Positions 9,446-19,884 are shown, counted from the stretch's first letter. The stretch: DNA of 64,000 nucleotides from Patescibacteria group bacterium UBA2773 (GCA_002352465.1 DEIN01000003.1:88933-152932); one strand, 5' to 3'. The notes: generated from the letters alone by a model not told the origin. Made by a program: numbers and translations.

Positions 9446-9715
9446 CTAGTTTCTATCTTTGACTTCAAAAATCATTCTTTTTAAATCTCTCATCCGATTA
9501 TTAAACTCCCTCGGTTCGACCTTTAGTTTTCCTTTCTGAAAATCTTCAATAATTTTTTCTGTCTTTTCTTCCATAGGAACAATAAAATATGCAATCCCAG
9601 CCCGTCTATCCCATTCAATTTTCTTTATTGAATGAGAAAAATAACTTAGAACAGTAGCAAGAACTAATTCTCTAGTTAAAAAATCCCTACCTGTTTGAAA
9701 ATAATCATCCTTCAT
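9446..9715 (-). CDS. Small hypothetical protein (89 aa)
   Basis: ORF track, 12 bp upstream of the 73-aa ORF, so possibly a two-gene module. Confidence 0.3.
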   Translation of the reverse strand: MKDDYFQTGRDFLTRELVLATVLSYFSHSIKKIEWDRRAGIAYFIVPMEEKTEKIIEDFQKGKLKVEPREFNNRMRDLKRMIFEVKDRN

Positions 9716-9811
9716 AAATATTATTTTAATTGTTAATTTTAATCTTTCTTTAGGTTGATATTAGTCTATTTGTTTTCCGAAGCATTTTTGGAACTTTTTG
9801 AAAAATAAAAA

Positions 9812-9835
9812 CGCCTCTTTCGAGACGTTCTAACT
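9812..9835 (-). terminator. Rho-independent terminator downstream of the 531-aa gene
   Basis: Minus-strand hairpin aacgtctc-gaa-gaggcgtt followed by tttattttt. Confidence 0.45.
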
Positions 9836-9854
9836 TGATATTTTTTAATAATAT

Positions 9855-11450
9855 TTAGGAATATAACTCTTTCTTGATTTTTTCCGCTAATAATTTTCTT
9901 GTTTTAAAAACAGCTCTTTTTCCCATTCCAAACTTTTCACCAATCTCTTCATCTGAATATCCTTCATAGTTTAACTTTAAAATTTTAAAATCACGTTTAA
10001 TCTTCTTTTTCTGAAAATTAGTTTCGGCTTTTTTGATTATTTTTTTCTTAATTAAAAATAAATCTGATTTAGTTATTTTTTCATTCAAAACACCATCTTC
10101 TCTCCCCAAGGTATCTTTTAATTTCAGCCCATTATTCCCGGAAAAATTAGTCTCTTTATCTAAGCTTATTTCTTTTTCTTTCTCTTTAATTAGCTCTAAT
10201 GGATTTGATTTATGGTTAAGCCAATTTTCTAATTCACTTTTAAAACTATAAACTAACCTCTTAAAATAATCTGGTTTTTTAAGCATCCCTTGGTTAAAAA
10301 AACATCCGATAGCTTCTATTGGAGAGAGTCCAGCTGATAATATAGGTAAGCAAGTCTTGGTTATATCATTTTCGATATCTTCAAATTTTAAACCGCCTTT
10401 TTCAAAAAATTTATAATCAAGAGCTATTTTTAATTTTTTATCCTCATAATCAACTTTTTTCAAATGCTCCAAAAAACCTCCCTTAAAATTTTCAACCAAT
10501 CTAAGCATTATTTTTTTGTTTATAGATTGTTCAGCTTTAAGGGCTAGCTCATTTTCCTTATCTAATTCTAAAAAATAATTTAATTTTTTAAAATTATTAC
10601 CAAACAAAACTTTTTCCATAATAGTATCTGTTGCTGTCTCAAGCAAGAAAATTTGTGTATCATCTAAAATTACTCCACTTTTAAATTTTTCTGGTAATTG
10701 CTCTTTAATAAATTTATTAGCCACTCCGTTGAAATATCCTCTCAAAATACTTTTGATTTTAGCTTTAACTTGAAAATCACCATCTTGACCTTTAGTCAAA
10801 ACATACAAACCAACGATTCTCTTTAAAGCATCCTTTCCTATAAAATAGCTTAAATCAAGTTCATTTAAAATTTTTTGTGAATATTCGTGAATACTGTAAT
10901 TCCGTAAAGGAGTTGTTATTTCAAATTTCGAACAAACATCATCCAAGTTTCCTCCCATTTTTTCTACTTCTTCGCACTTTCTTAAAAGATAACCCCTCAA
11001 GTCATTAACCTCTTCCCTAAAATCCTCCCCTCTAGAAAATTTTCCCAAGTTGACTTCTAGACAACTTTTTTCATCAAATATGCTTATAAAATCTTCATTT
11101 TCTTCTGAAACAATAAACTTAGAAATTTTTCCATTTCCAGCACTTCTATTTTCTTCAAAATTTAACCCATAATAGTCTTTATGCTCTAATTCTTCTATAA
11201 AAAGATGCTTATCAACTTCTAGTTGATATAAATTTGGTTTAACATCAAAATCGATTCTCTCTTCCCAAATTCCGTTTTCTCTCAAAGAGGTTATTAACAT
11301 TCTAAATTGCTTTTCAGCTCCACCTTTTTGATGTTTTTTATCAACTTCATCCATCGCCTGAATCAATTTAACAGCATTTTCTTTCAAATTTAAAAATATT
11401 TCAATTCTTTTTTTCAAATCCGACTGTCTTTGAGCTAAATTATTCTTCAT
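9855..11450 (-). CDS. Hypothetical protein with C-terminal sigma-70 region-4/LuxR-like HTH
   Basis: 531 aa. C-terminus 'LKLNYEGYSDEEIGEKFGMGKRAVFKTRKLLAEKI' resembles an ECF-sigma region 4 HTH. The N-terminal ~480 aa are unassigned. Confidence 0.45.
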   Translation of the reverse strand: MKNNLAQRQSDLKKRIEIFLNLKENAVKLIQAMDEVDKKHQKGGAEKQFRMLITSLRENGIWEERIDFDVKPNLYQLEVDKHLFIEELEHKDYYGLNFEENRSAGNGKISKFIVSEENEDFISIFDEKSCLEVNLGKFSRGEDFREEVNDLRGYLLRKCEEVEKMGGNLDDVCSKFEITTPLRNYSIHEYSQKILNELDLSYFIGKDALKRIVGLYVLTKGQDGDFQVKAKIKSILRGYFNGVANKFIKEQLPEKFKSGVILDDTQIFLLETATDTIMEKVLFGNNFKKLNYFLELDKENELALKAEQSINKKIMLRLVENFKGGFLEHLKKVDYEDKKLKIALDYKFFEKGGLKFEDIENDITKTCLPILSAGLSPIEAIGCFFNQGMLKKPDYFKRLVYSFKSELENWLNHKSNPLELIKEKEKEISLDKETNFSGNNGLKLKDTLGREDGVLNEKITKSDLFLIKKKIIKKAETNFQKKKIKRDFKILKLNYEGYSDEEIGEKFGMGKRAVFKTRKLLAEKIKKELYS

Positions 11451-11646
11451 CTTTTAATCTTAATCTTAATTTATCCTAAAGTGCTTTAGTATAGCCTAAA
11501 AACGAATAAAAATAAAGACAACAAAAAAACAATTACCTGATAATTGTCTAGTCTCAAAATATTTTTAAATTTTATAAACTCTTTATCTTCTCTATTCTAT
11601 CACGATAATCGGGCAATGCTTTTTAACCAATTGTCAAAATTTTCTC

Positions 11647-13119
11647 TCAACTTTTCAACTTTCTTAGTATCTCCACCATCGCCAAAGTATCTAACTCACA
11701 ATATTTAAGTAAATCTTTTCTAATTTTAGCTTTTTCATCCTCAGAAACATCGTCGAACATTGTCTTTCCCCAAGCTTCGATTGCCATTGTTCCATTTTGC
11801 ACTTCTAACTCTTTATAGGAAAGCTCAGGAACTAAAACTGGCAAAACTTTTTTAATAGAGGCACTGCCCTTGAAATCAGGATGAAGATAATCTTTTTTGA
11901 AAACCTTCATTAAATCAAAGACTCTCGAATTAACATCTTCTAGAAAATCTTTAAATTCAGGATGTAATTTCATCAATTCCTTGTTTCTTCCCTTTTCAAA
12001 AGATTCATACCAAACGACGACACTTCCGACTGGTCCAATCTGGCTTTTCATTGATTTTACCAAATCTCGAGTAGCATTTTCTAGATTATCAGCTAAATAT
12101 TCAAAATGTTGAAGTTTTCCGTCTTTGCCTAAAATATGCAATGAATATTGAAAAACTAGTTGTTGATTAGTTTTATAACCGTCTAAAAATGGGATTGGTT
12201 TTCCAAAAGTCTCGTAATCTAAAAAATAAATTGGATAAACCAACTCAGACAAAGTTTCCCGAACCGTTTCTTGATTGATTTGAGGAATGCCTGTCTTTTG
12301 AAGGTCAATTTTAATTCTTTGGATTTTAGTAGCTTCAAAATCCTCTGGAACATCTTTAACATCAAAAATATTATCATTAACTAGAGTTTCAAGCTTTTTA
12401 CCCTTAAAAATATGAGCTGTTGAATATTCTGGGACTTGCGGATTGAAAAGATTAAAACAATCACAACGCTGTCCGTGACTTCGGTAAATGCAACCGCAAC
12501 CCTTTAAATCAACATCATCAATTTTGAATGAATCTAAGGCTTTTTGGATTTCAATTTCTGTTTCTTCTTTAATATCAGCTATTTTATCTGAAACCTCGTT
12601 CAAAACAAATAACTGTTTCAAATCCAAATCACCGTTTTTAATATAGTCCTTGCTTAAATGCACAATAAAATTTTTTCCAACTTCAATTCCTGATTTTTCT
12701 AAAACTATTTTCTGAAAAGCAATGTCCTTAATATGATTATGAAATAAATCGGTCTTAATACTAGAACCTGATTTTACTTCATATAAGTTCCACTTTTTGC
12801 TCTTTTTATCAAATTCTAAAACATCAATCTTAGCAAAAAGTCCCTCTTCTGTTTCAAAAGTGGCTTGAAATATTGTCTTCTGTTGTATGATTAGCTCTTT
12901 GGTTTTTTCAATTAGTTCTTTTCTGCTACCGATATTTGAAAATCCACCGCTAAAAGTCTGTTGAAAACATTCTTCAACTTCATAACCGTCCTTAATCAAT
13001 TTTTTCAAGAAAGCCGAAAACTCCCCCTCAACATAATCCTCGGGTCTTTTCTTTTTTAGCCAAAGACATTTCTGGCAAATCAGAAATTCTTTAAAATCGG
13101 TTTTTGATAAATAAAGCAT
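11647..13119 (-). CDS. DUF2779-like Cys-rich PD-(D/E)xK nuclease-fold protein
   Basis: 490 aa. N-terminus 'MLYLSKTDFKEFLICQKCLWL' recalls the DUF2779 signature. 'NLYEVKSGSS' is an E-x-K motif. Cys cluster CGCIYRSHGQRCDC. Starts 18 bp after the Res gene. Confidence 0.45.
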   Translation of the reverse strand: MLYLSKTDFKEFLICQKCLWLKKKRPEDYVEGEFSAFLKKLIKDGYEVEECFQQTFSGGFSNIGSRKELIEKTKELIIQQKTIFQATFETEEGLFAKIDVLEFDKKSKKWNLYEVKSGSSIKTDLFHNHIKDIAFQKIVLEKSGIEVGKNFIVHLSKDYIKNGDLDLKQLFVLNEVSDKIADIKEETEIEIQKALDSFKIDDVDLKGCGCIYRSHGQRCDCFNLFNPQVPEYSTAHIFKGKKLETLVNDNIFDVKDVPEDFEATKIQRIKIDLQKTGIPQINQETVRETLSELVYPIYFLDYETFGKPIPFLDGYKTNQQLVFQYSLHILGKDGKLQHFEYLADNLENATRDLVKSMKSQIGPVGSVVVWYESFEKGRNKELMKLHPEFKDFLEDVNSRVFDLMKVFKKDYLHPDFKGSASIKKVLPVLVPELSYKELEVQNGTMAIEAWGKTMFDDVSEDEKAKIRKDLLKYCELDTLAMVEILRKLKS

Positions 13120-13137
13120 TATTTAAAATCTAATATT

Positions 13138-15879
13138 TTAAGAAAATATTTCAGAAACTTTTTCTACTCTTCGAAAATCAACCCCCTCTAATTCTCTGAA
13201 ATGAGCCTTCCCACAATCAATCTTATTTTGTTCACTTTCTCTAATTTCTCCAGGAGATTTAGTTTCCGCCACAAAGTAAACCTTTTCGTCATTCTCCAAA
13301 ACAATTGCCCAATCAGGATTATAATTACCAATCGGCGTTTTAATTTTAAACCACCCAGGAAGTTTAAAATAAAATTTAACTCTATCTATTGATTCAAGTT
13401 CTTTAGCAAACTCTGACTCTACCGCAGAATCAATCAAAACGTGGTCATAAAGAGTTTTATCTTGATTTTGAACCTTAACTACATTCTCTAAATAGCTCTC
13501 CAGCTCATTGCCTTTAAATAGCTCCATAGCGTAATAATTATTCTTGCCTTGAAGTCTCTCATATTTAATTCCATCGACAATCAATTTTTGCAAAGCCGAC
13601 CGAATCGAATCAACTGCTAAATCCATAAACTGCTGAGGATTTTTGGCAATCTCCATATCCTTGCCCGATTTTTTAATAATCTCAACTATTGTTTGTCTAG
13701 TTAATTTAGTTTTAGCTTGAATGTATCCCAAGATGTTAGGAATTGCTTTAAAATCATTTTCATACTCAACTTTTTTCTCGCTAATATTAGCCAAACCCGT
13801 CACTATTCCTTTTTTTGTAATATCTAATTTTCCTTTCAAACTAATAATTTTAGGCTCTCTAATTTCAGCATTGGCTAAAAATTCGCTAGATTCCTTTATC
13901 AAGTCTTCATTGCTAAAATTTACCTGGTATTTAGTTTTGTATTTAATTTTGTTCCAAAGCTCTTTAAAATCTTCATTTAATTTGTAGGCTTTAGTTAATT
14001 TAATTTTAGTCCTGTCTCTTTTTCTTTTTACTCTTTCACTAAAATCAACCCCACATTCATCTTCAATTTCAATTTGCAATTTTTTAGCAAATTCTTCATA
14101 ACTTTCATTAGCAATAACTGTCAAAACATTGATATTCTCATCAAACACCCTTTGCCCTTCTTGATTGACAGAAAGTCTCATTCCCCGACCAATTTCTTGA
14201 CGTTTTTTAATTTCACTTTGAGACCGACTAAGCGTGCAAATTTGAAAAACATTAGGGTTATCCCAGCCCTCTCTAAGAGCTGAGTGAGAAAAAATAAATT
14301 GCAAGGGCTCCTTGGTTGATAAAAGTCTTTCTTTATCTTTCATTATTAAACTATAAGTATCATCATCAGCCTTGCTGTTGCCTTTAGTATCTCGCCAATT
14401 TCCTTTTTTGTCTTGAGAAAAATATCCATTATGGATTTTTTCTACTTCATAAGGAATTAAATCAGTGAAGACTGGATTTTGTTTCAATTCTTCAAAAATC
14501 TCTTCAAACCACACGGCAATTTTTCCTTTTTTAATTAAGTCATTTTCATAACTTCGATAATTAGCTACTTTATCAATAAAGAATAATGACAAAACTTTTA
14601 TTCCTTTGTCTTTGAATTTTCTTGCTTTTTCAAAATGATTTAGAATAGTCTGGCGAATTTGAAATTTCATTATTTCATCGTTTAGCCCACCAATCGATTG
14701 ACCAACATAAATCATTTTACCATTAGAAAATGCAATTGATTGACCAATGACATCCGCCGAATCAACAACATAGCCCTTATAAACGCCTCTTTCTCCTGAA
14801 AGTTTGAACAGATTACATTCGCTTGCTCCTTTTGAAGATTTTCTAACTGTAATTATTTTTCGTTTAATTCCGTTATTGTCGCTTACGTCAATTTTGAGCT
14901 TAATGGCAATACTATTTTTTTGAGATTGAACTGATTCTAATTCAATAAACGGTTCATTTAAATTATTTTCTTCCAAAACTGAATCCACCTCAATTTTTTT
15001 AACCAAATTCAAATCATAAGCTCTAACAGGGTCTAGTCTATAAATTAAGTTATATGGATTTTTATGAGTTGCCGAATATCTCAAAGTAAAAAGCGGATTT
15101 AAATTCTCAATAGCTTTTTTTCTAATCGGAGTTTCCATATTTTGAGGTTCATCTATAATCACAATTGGACTAATATTTTTAATGTATTCAATCGGCACAC
15201 CCCAATCACTTTTCTGATAAATAATATTACCTTTTCTTTTCTCCTCGCTAAATTTAGCAAAAGAATCAATATTGATTACTAAAATTTGAAGACTATTGGC
15301 GGTTGCAAAATTTTTCAACAAACCTCTTTTTTTTGGGTCGTAAACGTGAAAATCCATTTCAGGATTATCATAAATAGTATCAAAATGCTCTTTGGTGATT
15401 TGAAGATTTTTAATCACACCCTCCTTAATGGCAATTGAAGGCACCACGATAATAAACTTTTTAAAGCCATATTTATTATGAAGTTCGTGAATTGTTCTGA
15501 GATAAACATAGGTTTTTCCTGTTCCAGTTTCCATTTCAAGAGAAAAATTCATTCCTTCGGCTAATTTCTGATGGCTTGCTCCCGCACCTATCATTTCAGT
15601 CCCAATCGCACCGACACCAATTCCACCGCCACTTTTTATTCCAGATTTATTCAATTTATTTTCCTCCTGAATATTATGAAGATTTTTAATTATCTCCTCT
15701 TGGCTAATCACCAAATTATTTCCAACTACAAAACCACTTTCAAGCAATTGTTGCCCTGTTTGTTTTTTAATTTCAATTTCAAAATCGCCTTTATTCAAAG
15801 GTTGCCCCTCAAAAAGACTAACTGTCGAATTTATGGCATCTAATTGGTATTTTTGGTTTGAATCAAATTGTAATTTCAT
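13138..15879 (-). CDS. res: Type III restriction enzyme Res subunit (SF2 helicase plus C-terminal PD-(D/E)xK nuclease)
   Basis: 913 aa. Helicase motif I 'ETGTGKTYVY', motif II 'IIDEPQN', and C-terminal 'NPDW…FVAETK' nuclease motif. Confidence 0.7.
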   Translation of the reverse strand: MKLQFDSNQKYQLDAINSTVSLFEGQPLNKGDFEIEIKKQTGQQLLESGFVVGNNLVISQEEIIKNLHNIQEENKLNKSGIKSGGGIGVGAIGTEMIGAGASHQKLAEGMNFSLEMETGTGKTYVYLRTIHELHNKYGFKKFIIVVPSIAIKEGVIKNLQITKEHFDTIYDNPEMDFHVYDPKKRGLLKNFATANSLQILVINIDSFAKFSEEKRKGNIIYQKSDWGVPIEYIKNISPIVIIDEPQNMETPIRKKAIENLNPLFTLRYSATHKNPYNLIYRLDPVRAYDLNLVKKIEVDSVLEENNLNEPFIELESVQSQKNSIAIKLKIDVSDNNGIKRKIITVRKSSKGASECNLFKLSGERGVYKGYVVDSADVIGQSIAFSNGKMIYVGQSIGGLNDEIMKFQIRQTILNHFEKARKFKDKGIKVLSLFFIDKVANYRSYENDLIKKGKIAVWFEEIFEELKQNPVFTDLIPYEVEKIHNGYFSQDKKGNWRDTKGNSKADDDTYSLIMKDKERLLSTKEPLQFIFSHSALREGWDNPNVFQICTLSRSQSEIKKRQEIGRGMRLSVNQEGQRVFDENINVLTVIANESYEEFAKKLQIEIEDECGVDFSERVKRKRDRTKIKLTKAYKLNEDFKELWNKIKYKTKYQVNFSNEDLIKESSEFLANAEIREPKIISLKGKLDITKKGIVTGLANISEKKVEYENDFKAIPNILGYIQAKTKLTRQTIVEIIKKSGKDMEIAKNPQQFMDLAVDSIRSALQKLIVDGIKYERLQGKNNYYAMELFKGNELESYLENVVKVQNQDKTLYDHVLIDSAVESEFAKELESIDRVKFYFKLPGWFKIKTPIGNYNPDWAIVLENDEKVYFVAETKSPGEIRESEQNKIDCGKAHFRELEGVDFRRVEKVSEIFS

Positions 15880-17992
15880 AATTTATGATTTCTTTAACTA
15901 ATGTTATAAGATATTCAAATTCATCCTTTTTTTTCTTTTTATTTTCGTCCTCTAGATAGTCTCTAATTTTTTTTAGAAAATTCAAAGCTCCCTCCTTATC
16001 GTGGCTAACATTTCCGCAATAAACTTCCAAACTTCCAGCTTCAAGTATGAATATTGGACAATTTATTTTTTTTATCTCTACTCCTTTCTTAAGTTCACTT
16101 AAAACATCTTCGAGATTATTTAAATTAAATTTTTTGTATTCTTTCATAAAATCGATTTCATCTAAAATTTTCTTATTATCCAAACTATTGTTAATCCAAA
16201 ATTTCAAAAATTTTTCATCCTTTTCGATAATTTTATTATTTTTTTGTAAACCATAAATTATTTTCAATATCCTAAGCCCGACATCTTTCTGAGTTAATTT
16301 TCTTTTTATAGACTTACTCTTAAAATAAGGTTCCAATAATTCCAAACTATTATTTTTCGTTAATTTTGTAATATTATCTTTTATCGGATTTAATAAAGTG
16401 ACTCCTTTCAATAAGCTACCCTCCCAAATATTATCCAAATCAGCAATAACAAAAGAATTAATTTTGAATTTATCTAAAAATTCTATATACTTTAAAAAAT
16501 TATTTTTTCCGTTAACTGATACGACCTCTATGCTCTTGTCTCCTTTATTGAATTTATCCAGCAAATAGCCAAAAATTATTTCGTCTGTCATACCCTCAAC
16601 AAGAATAATGTTATCTGCGAAAAAAAGCTTAGCACTATTTGAATAAGTAATTATATCAATTAAATCCTTTTGTTCCCCCAAAGAATTATTCCAACCAGAA
16701 TTTCTATTTTCTGGAATTAATTTCGTGAAACCATTCGATTTATAAATTCTAGTTATATTTTGAATCGTTTCTGAGCTTACAAAAAATGGCGAGTGCGTCA
16801 CTACCACAAATTGTAAATTTCGAATATTCGATACTTCATCATATAAACGAATCAACTTTGATTGCCATCTTGGATGCAGATGTATTTCAGGTTCATCGAT
16901 GATTAAAACTGCGTCTTTCAAGTCGAATGCTTCAATGGAAAAAATAAAATTAAAAATTTCTTTCTCTCCAGAACTCAATTTATTAAACTCAACTTGCCTT
17001 CCATCAGTCTCTATTATAAATTTAAACTTGTTATCATCTGCATTAGTCACTTCAACTTTAAAATCATAATTACCAACCAAATGCAATAGTTCTTTAACTC
17101 TTTTGACTTGCCCTATATCAGAAAACTTTTTTTTAACTGGCTTTCCTTTCTCTGTCAATAATTGATTCTCAGTTTTTAAGTCGTTAGATAATTTCGAAAA
17201 ATAATAAGTAAAATAATCAACGTCAGAAGAGGTTTTGTTTGATGTTTTTTCTTTTGATTGCCTAATTTTATCTGTTTTATTTTGTCCTGGCAAAGAAATT
17301 TCGAAACTTTGACCTTCGTGAAATCTATTTGGTGAAAAAAATTTCCAATTATATTTTAATTCTGAAATTTGATTGGTATTTCGAAATTTTTCATTATGCT
17401 TTTCTATTAGATACTTTATTTTTTCAAAATAATTTAAATATCTAAAAAATAATTTTTTATTATCAGAAAAACTATTATAACAATCGTCCGCTGTCTTAAC
17501 GTTGAGTAAGTGCTGAGAAAAACTAAATACTTGCTTAACTTCATTTTTCAATAAGTTGACATCTACCCTGGAAAACAAATCATTGAATGTTGTATAAATT
17601 TCGTTGCTTCCATTTCCAGAAAGCTCCCCTTCTATTTCAGATATTTTATCAAGATTGTTTTTAATAATTTTAATATTTTGTAAATCATTTTCACTAAATT
17701 CTAATTCAATTTCTAACTCTTGATTTACGTCATCTTTAATATTATCGTGTCTCGACAAATCAAAAAAATTATTGAGTTCTTTTCTTAAAAATAAAGTTTT
17801 AAAAGGCTCTTTATGCTCATTCCAATGCCAAATAAAAAAAGTATTCAAAGAAATATTTAAAATATCCATTAAATTACTTTTTCCTCCTCCATTCGGACCA
17901 ATCAAAATATTAGTCCCTTTTTTATTAAAAGAAATTTTAATCTTTTCTCCAATGCTTTTTATGTTTTGTATACTAATTGAATTTATTATCAT
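15863..17992 (-). CDS. OLD-family ABC-ATPase fused to a Toprim nuclease domain (GajA/AriAB-like)
   Basis: 709 aa. Walker A 'GPNGGGKSN', ABC signature 'LSSGEKE', Walker B 'LIIDEPEIHLHP', Toprim 'ILVEGMTDEIIF' plus DxD 'IADLDN'. Overlaps Res by 17 nt and starts 2 nt after Mod. Confidence 0.7.
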   Translation of the reverse strand: MIINSISIQNIKSIGEKIKISFNKKGTNILIGPNGGGKSNLMDILNISLNTFFIWHWNEHKEPFKTLFLRKELNNFFDLSRHDNIKDDVNQELEIELEFSENDLQNIKIIKNNLDKISEIEGELSGNGSNEIYTTFNDLFSRVDVNLLKNEVKQVFSFSQHLLNVKTADDCYNSFSDNKKLFFRYLNYFEKIKYLIEKHNEKFRNTNQISELKYNWKFFSPNRFHEGQSFEISLPGQNKTDKIRQSKEKTSNKTSSDVDYFTYYFSKLSNDLKTENQLLTEKGKPVKKKFSDIGQVKRVKELLHLVGNYDFKVEVTNADDNKFKFIIETDGRQVEFNKLSSGEKEIFNFIFSIEAFDLKDAVLIIDEPEIHLHPRWQSKLIRLYDEVSNIRNLQFVVVTHSPFFVSSETIQNITRIYKSNGFTKLIPENRNSGWNNSLGEQKDLIDIITYSNSAKLFFADNIILVEGMTDEIIFGYLLDKFNKGDKSIEVVSVNGKNNFLKYIEFLDKFKINSFVIADLDNIWEGSLLKGVTLLNPIKDNITKLTKNNSLELLEPYFKSKSIKRKLTQKDVGLRILKIIYGLQKNNKIIEKDEKFLKFWINNSLDNKKILDEIDFMKEYKKFNLNNLEDVLSELKKGVEIKKINCPIFILEAGSLEVYCGNVSHDKEGALNFLKKIRDYLEDENKKKKKDEFEYLITLVKEIINYEITI

Positions 17993-17994
17993 CT

Positions 17995-19884
17995 TTATAT
18001 TACCTTAAAATCAATATCTTCCTGTTCGGCTTGAAGTAAAATATTGGCTTTCAGTTCGTCATTATTTTGAAAAGCTCTTTCTAGACAAATTATTTTTTCT
18101 GGTTTTAAATTTTGAAAAAATTCACCCATTTCTTTAGAAATTTTATCGCCCAAATAAATAATCAATTTGCCATCACCCAAATTATAATATTTTTCCTTGC
18201 CCGAAGTAGCTTCAGCGGAGACTGGTCCTTTAAAATCTTTTTCCTGAATCAGAATATCCAAATCTAAACCACTTTTTAAAATAAGTTCATACAAAATATT
18301 TTTCTGAGTGCTTCCTGTTTCAAGATTATCAATAAAATCATCCAACGCTGAAAATAAATTCTTTCCGTCTTTGAATTTTCCTTGCCAAATCTTGAAATTA
18401 GATTTATCTAATTTAAAAGTTTTGAATCCTAAATCGACTTTATTTTCAGTCTCTTCTTTTATTTTTTTGCTTGCTCTTCTAATTCGTTCCTTGGCAATTT
18501 CAGCAATATTTTTATAGCCCGCCTTAAATGCTTCACTTTTTTCATTACATTTTTCTGGCAATTGAACACAAATCCATTTCCTATTTCCATTATCTTCAGC
18601 ATTTTGTTCCATTACTGCTTGAGCAGTCGGTCCTGAGCCAGCAAAAAAATCTAAAATTATATCTTCTTTGTTAGTAGAAAGAAATATTATCTTTTTTATC
18701 AATCTAACAGGTTTTGGGGTATCAAATGTTGCCACATCTTCAAAAAGTTTCTTCAATTCTTGTTTTGCTTCTTGATTATGTCCGACCTCTTTGTGCTTCC
18801 AAATAGTAGTACTAACTATTCCATCACTATTTTCAGATAAGAAAGTCTTAATTCTTGGCATATTACCACCGCTTTTTCCAAACCAAATTCTATTGTCTCT
18901 AACTAAATCATTAAATTTATTTAAAGACATAGACCAACTTCTTCCTTTGGGAGGAAGAGCCTCTCTGCCATTTGGCGTTTTTATTGGATAAATATCTTTT
19001 GGTGTAACTCTTTTTACTGTTAAGTCGCTAGATGCCCAAGAACCTCTTGAATCATTATCTGGATTAGAATATCTTTTATTGTTCTCATCAGTTCTTGGCA
19101 ATAAGTTTGGTTTCCAATTTTCCTTGTTTTTACAATAAAGTAAAACATAATCGTGATTATCAGATAAATACTTAGCATCATTTTGAGGAGAAAATTTCTT
19201 CTCCCAAATTATTTGTGCTACAAAATTCTCCTCACCAAAAATTTCGTTCATAATCATTCTTAAATTATGAACTTCGTTATCATCAATCGAAACAAAAATC
19301 ACTCCATCTTGCTTCAATAAATTTCTAGCCAAAAATAACCTTGGATACATCATATTAAGCCAATCGCTATGAAAATGTCCGTTACTGTCTTTTCTGTTAG
19401 CTGAAAGTCCGTCTGCTCTTGTCAAATCACCATTTTCATCCAATTCTCCGCTATCTTCCAATTCTTCTTTTCTGGTTTTTCTAAAATTATCATTATAAAT
19501 AAAATCATTTCCCGTGTTATAAGGCGGGTCAATATAAATACATTTGATTTTTCCATAATAAGAACGCTGTAAAACTTTTAGAACTTCCAAATTATCACCT
19601 TCGATAAAAGCATTGCCAGTTTTATCAAAATCAACGGATTCTTCCTCATTGGATTTTAATGTTGCTGTTGTTCCTTTTTGAATTTCTTCAAAACAACTAC
19701 TTTTTCCAGCCCAAGAAAGCCCGTAATGTTCATTGGCTAATTGATAATCTTCTCCCAAGGCTAATTTTAATTTTTCTGGGTCAATCTTTCCATCCGAAAA
19801 AACACTGGGAAAATTAACCTTCAATGCCTCGGCTAATTCTTTTTGAGAGATATAAGACCCTCCTTTTATTTTATGATTTTTCAT
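17995..19884 (-). CDS. mod: Type III (beta-class) DNA N6-adenine/N4-cytosine methyltransferase Mod subunit
   Basis: 629 aa. Motif IV 'IYIDPPYN' precedes motif I 'FFAGSGPTAQA' (beta-class order), with a TRD-sized insert between them. Confidence 0.75.
   Translation of the reverse strand: MKNHKIKGGSYISQKELAEALKVNFPSVFSDGKIDPEKLKLALGEDYQLANEHYGLSWAGKSSCFEEIQKGTTATLKSNEEESVDFDKTGNAFIEGDNLEVLKVLQRSYYGKIKCIYIDPPYNTGNDFIYNDNFRKTRKEELEDSGELDENGDLTRADGLSANRKDSNGHFHSDWLNMMYPRLFLARNLLKQDGVIFVSIDDNEVHNLRMIMNEIFGEENFVAQIIWEKKFSPQNDAKYLSDNHDYVLLYCKNKENWKPNLLPRTDENNKRYSNPDNDSRGSWASSDLTVKRVTPKDIYPIKTPNGREALPPKGRSWSMSLNKFNDLVRDNRIWFGKSGGNMPRIKTFLSENSDGIVSTTIWKHKEVGHNQEAKQELKKLFEDVATFDTPKPVRLIKKIIFLSTNKEDIILDFFAGSGPTAQAVMEQNAEDNGNRKWICVQLPEKCNEKSEAFKAGYKNIAEIAKERIRRASKKIKEETENKVDLGFKTFKLDKSNFKIWQGKFKDGKNLFSALDDFIDNLETGSTQKNILYELILKSGLDLDILIQEKDFKGPVSAEATSGKEKYYNLGDGKLIIYLGDKISKEMGEFFQNLKPEKIICLERAFQNNDELKANILLQAEQEDIDFKVI

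Noticed and set aside
13201-18991. Numerous 60-100-aa plus-strand ORFs inside res, the OLD-like gene and mod
   Set aside because: All are antisense to long, motif-supported genes. No SD sequences or conserved motifs.
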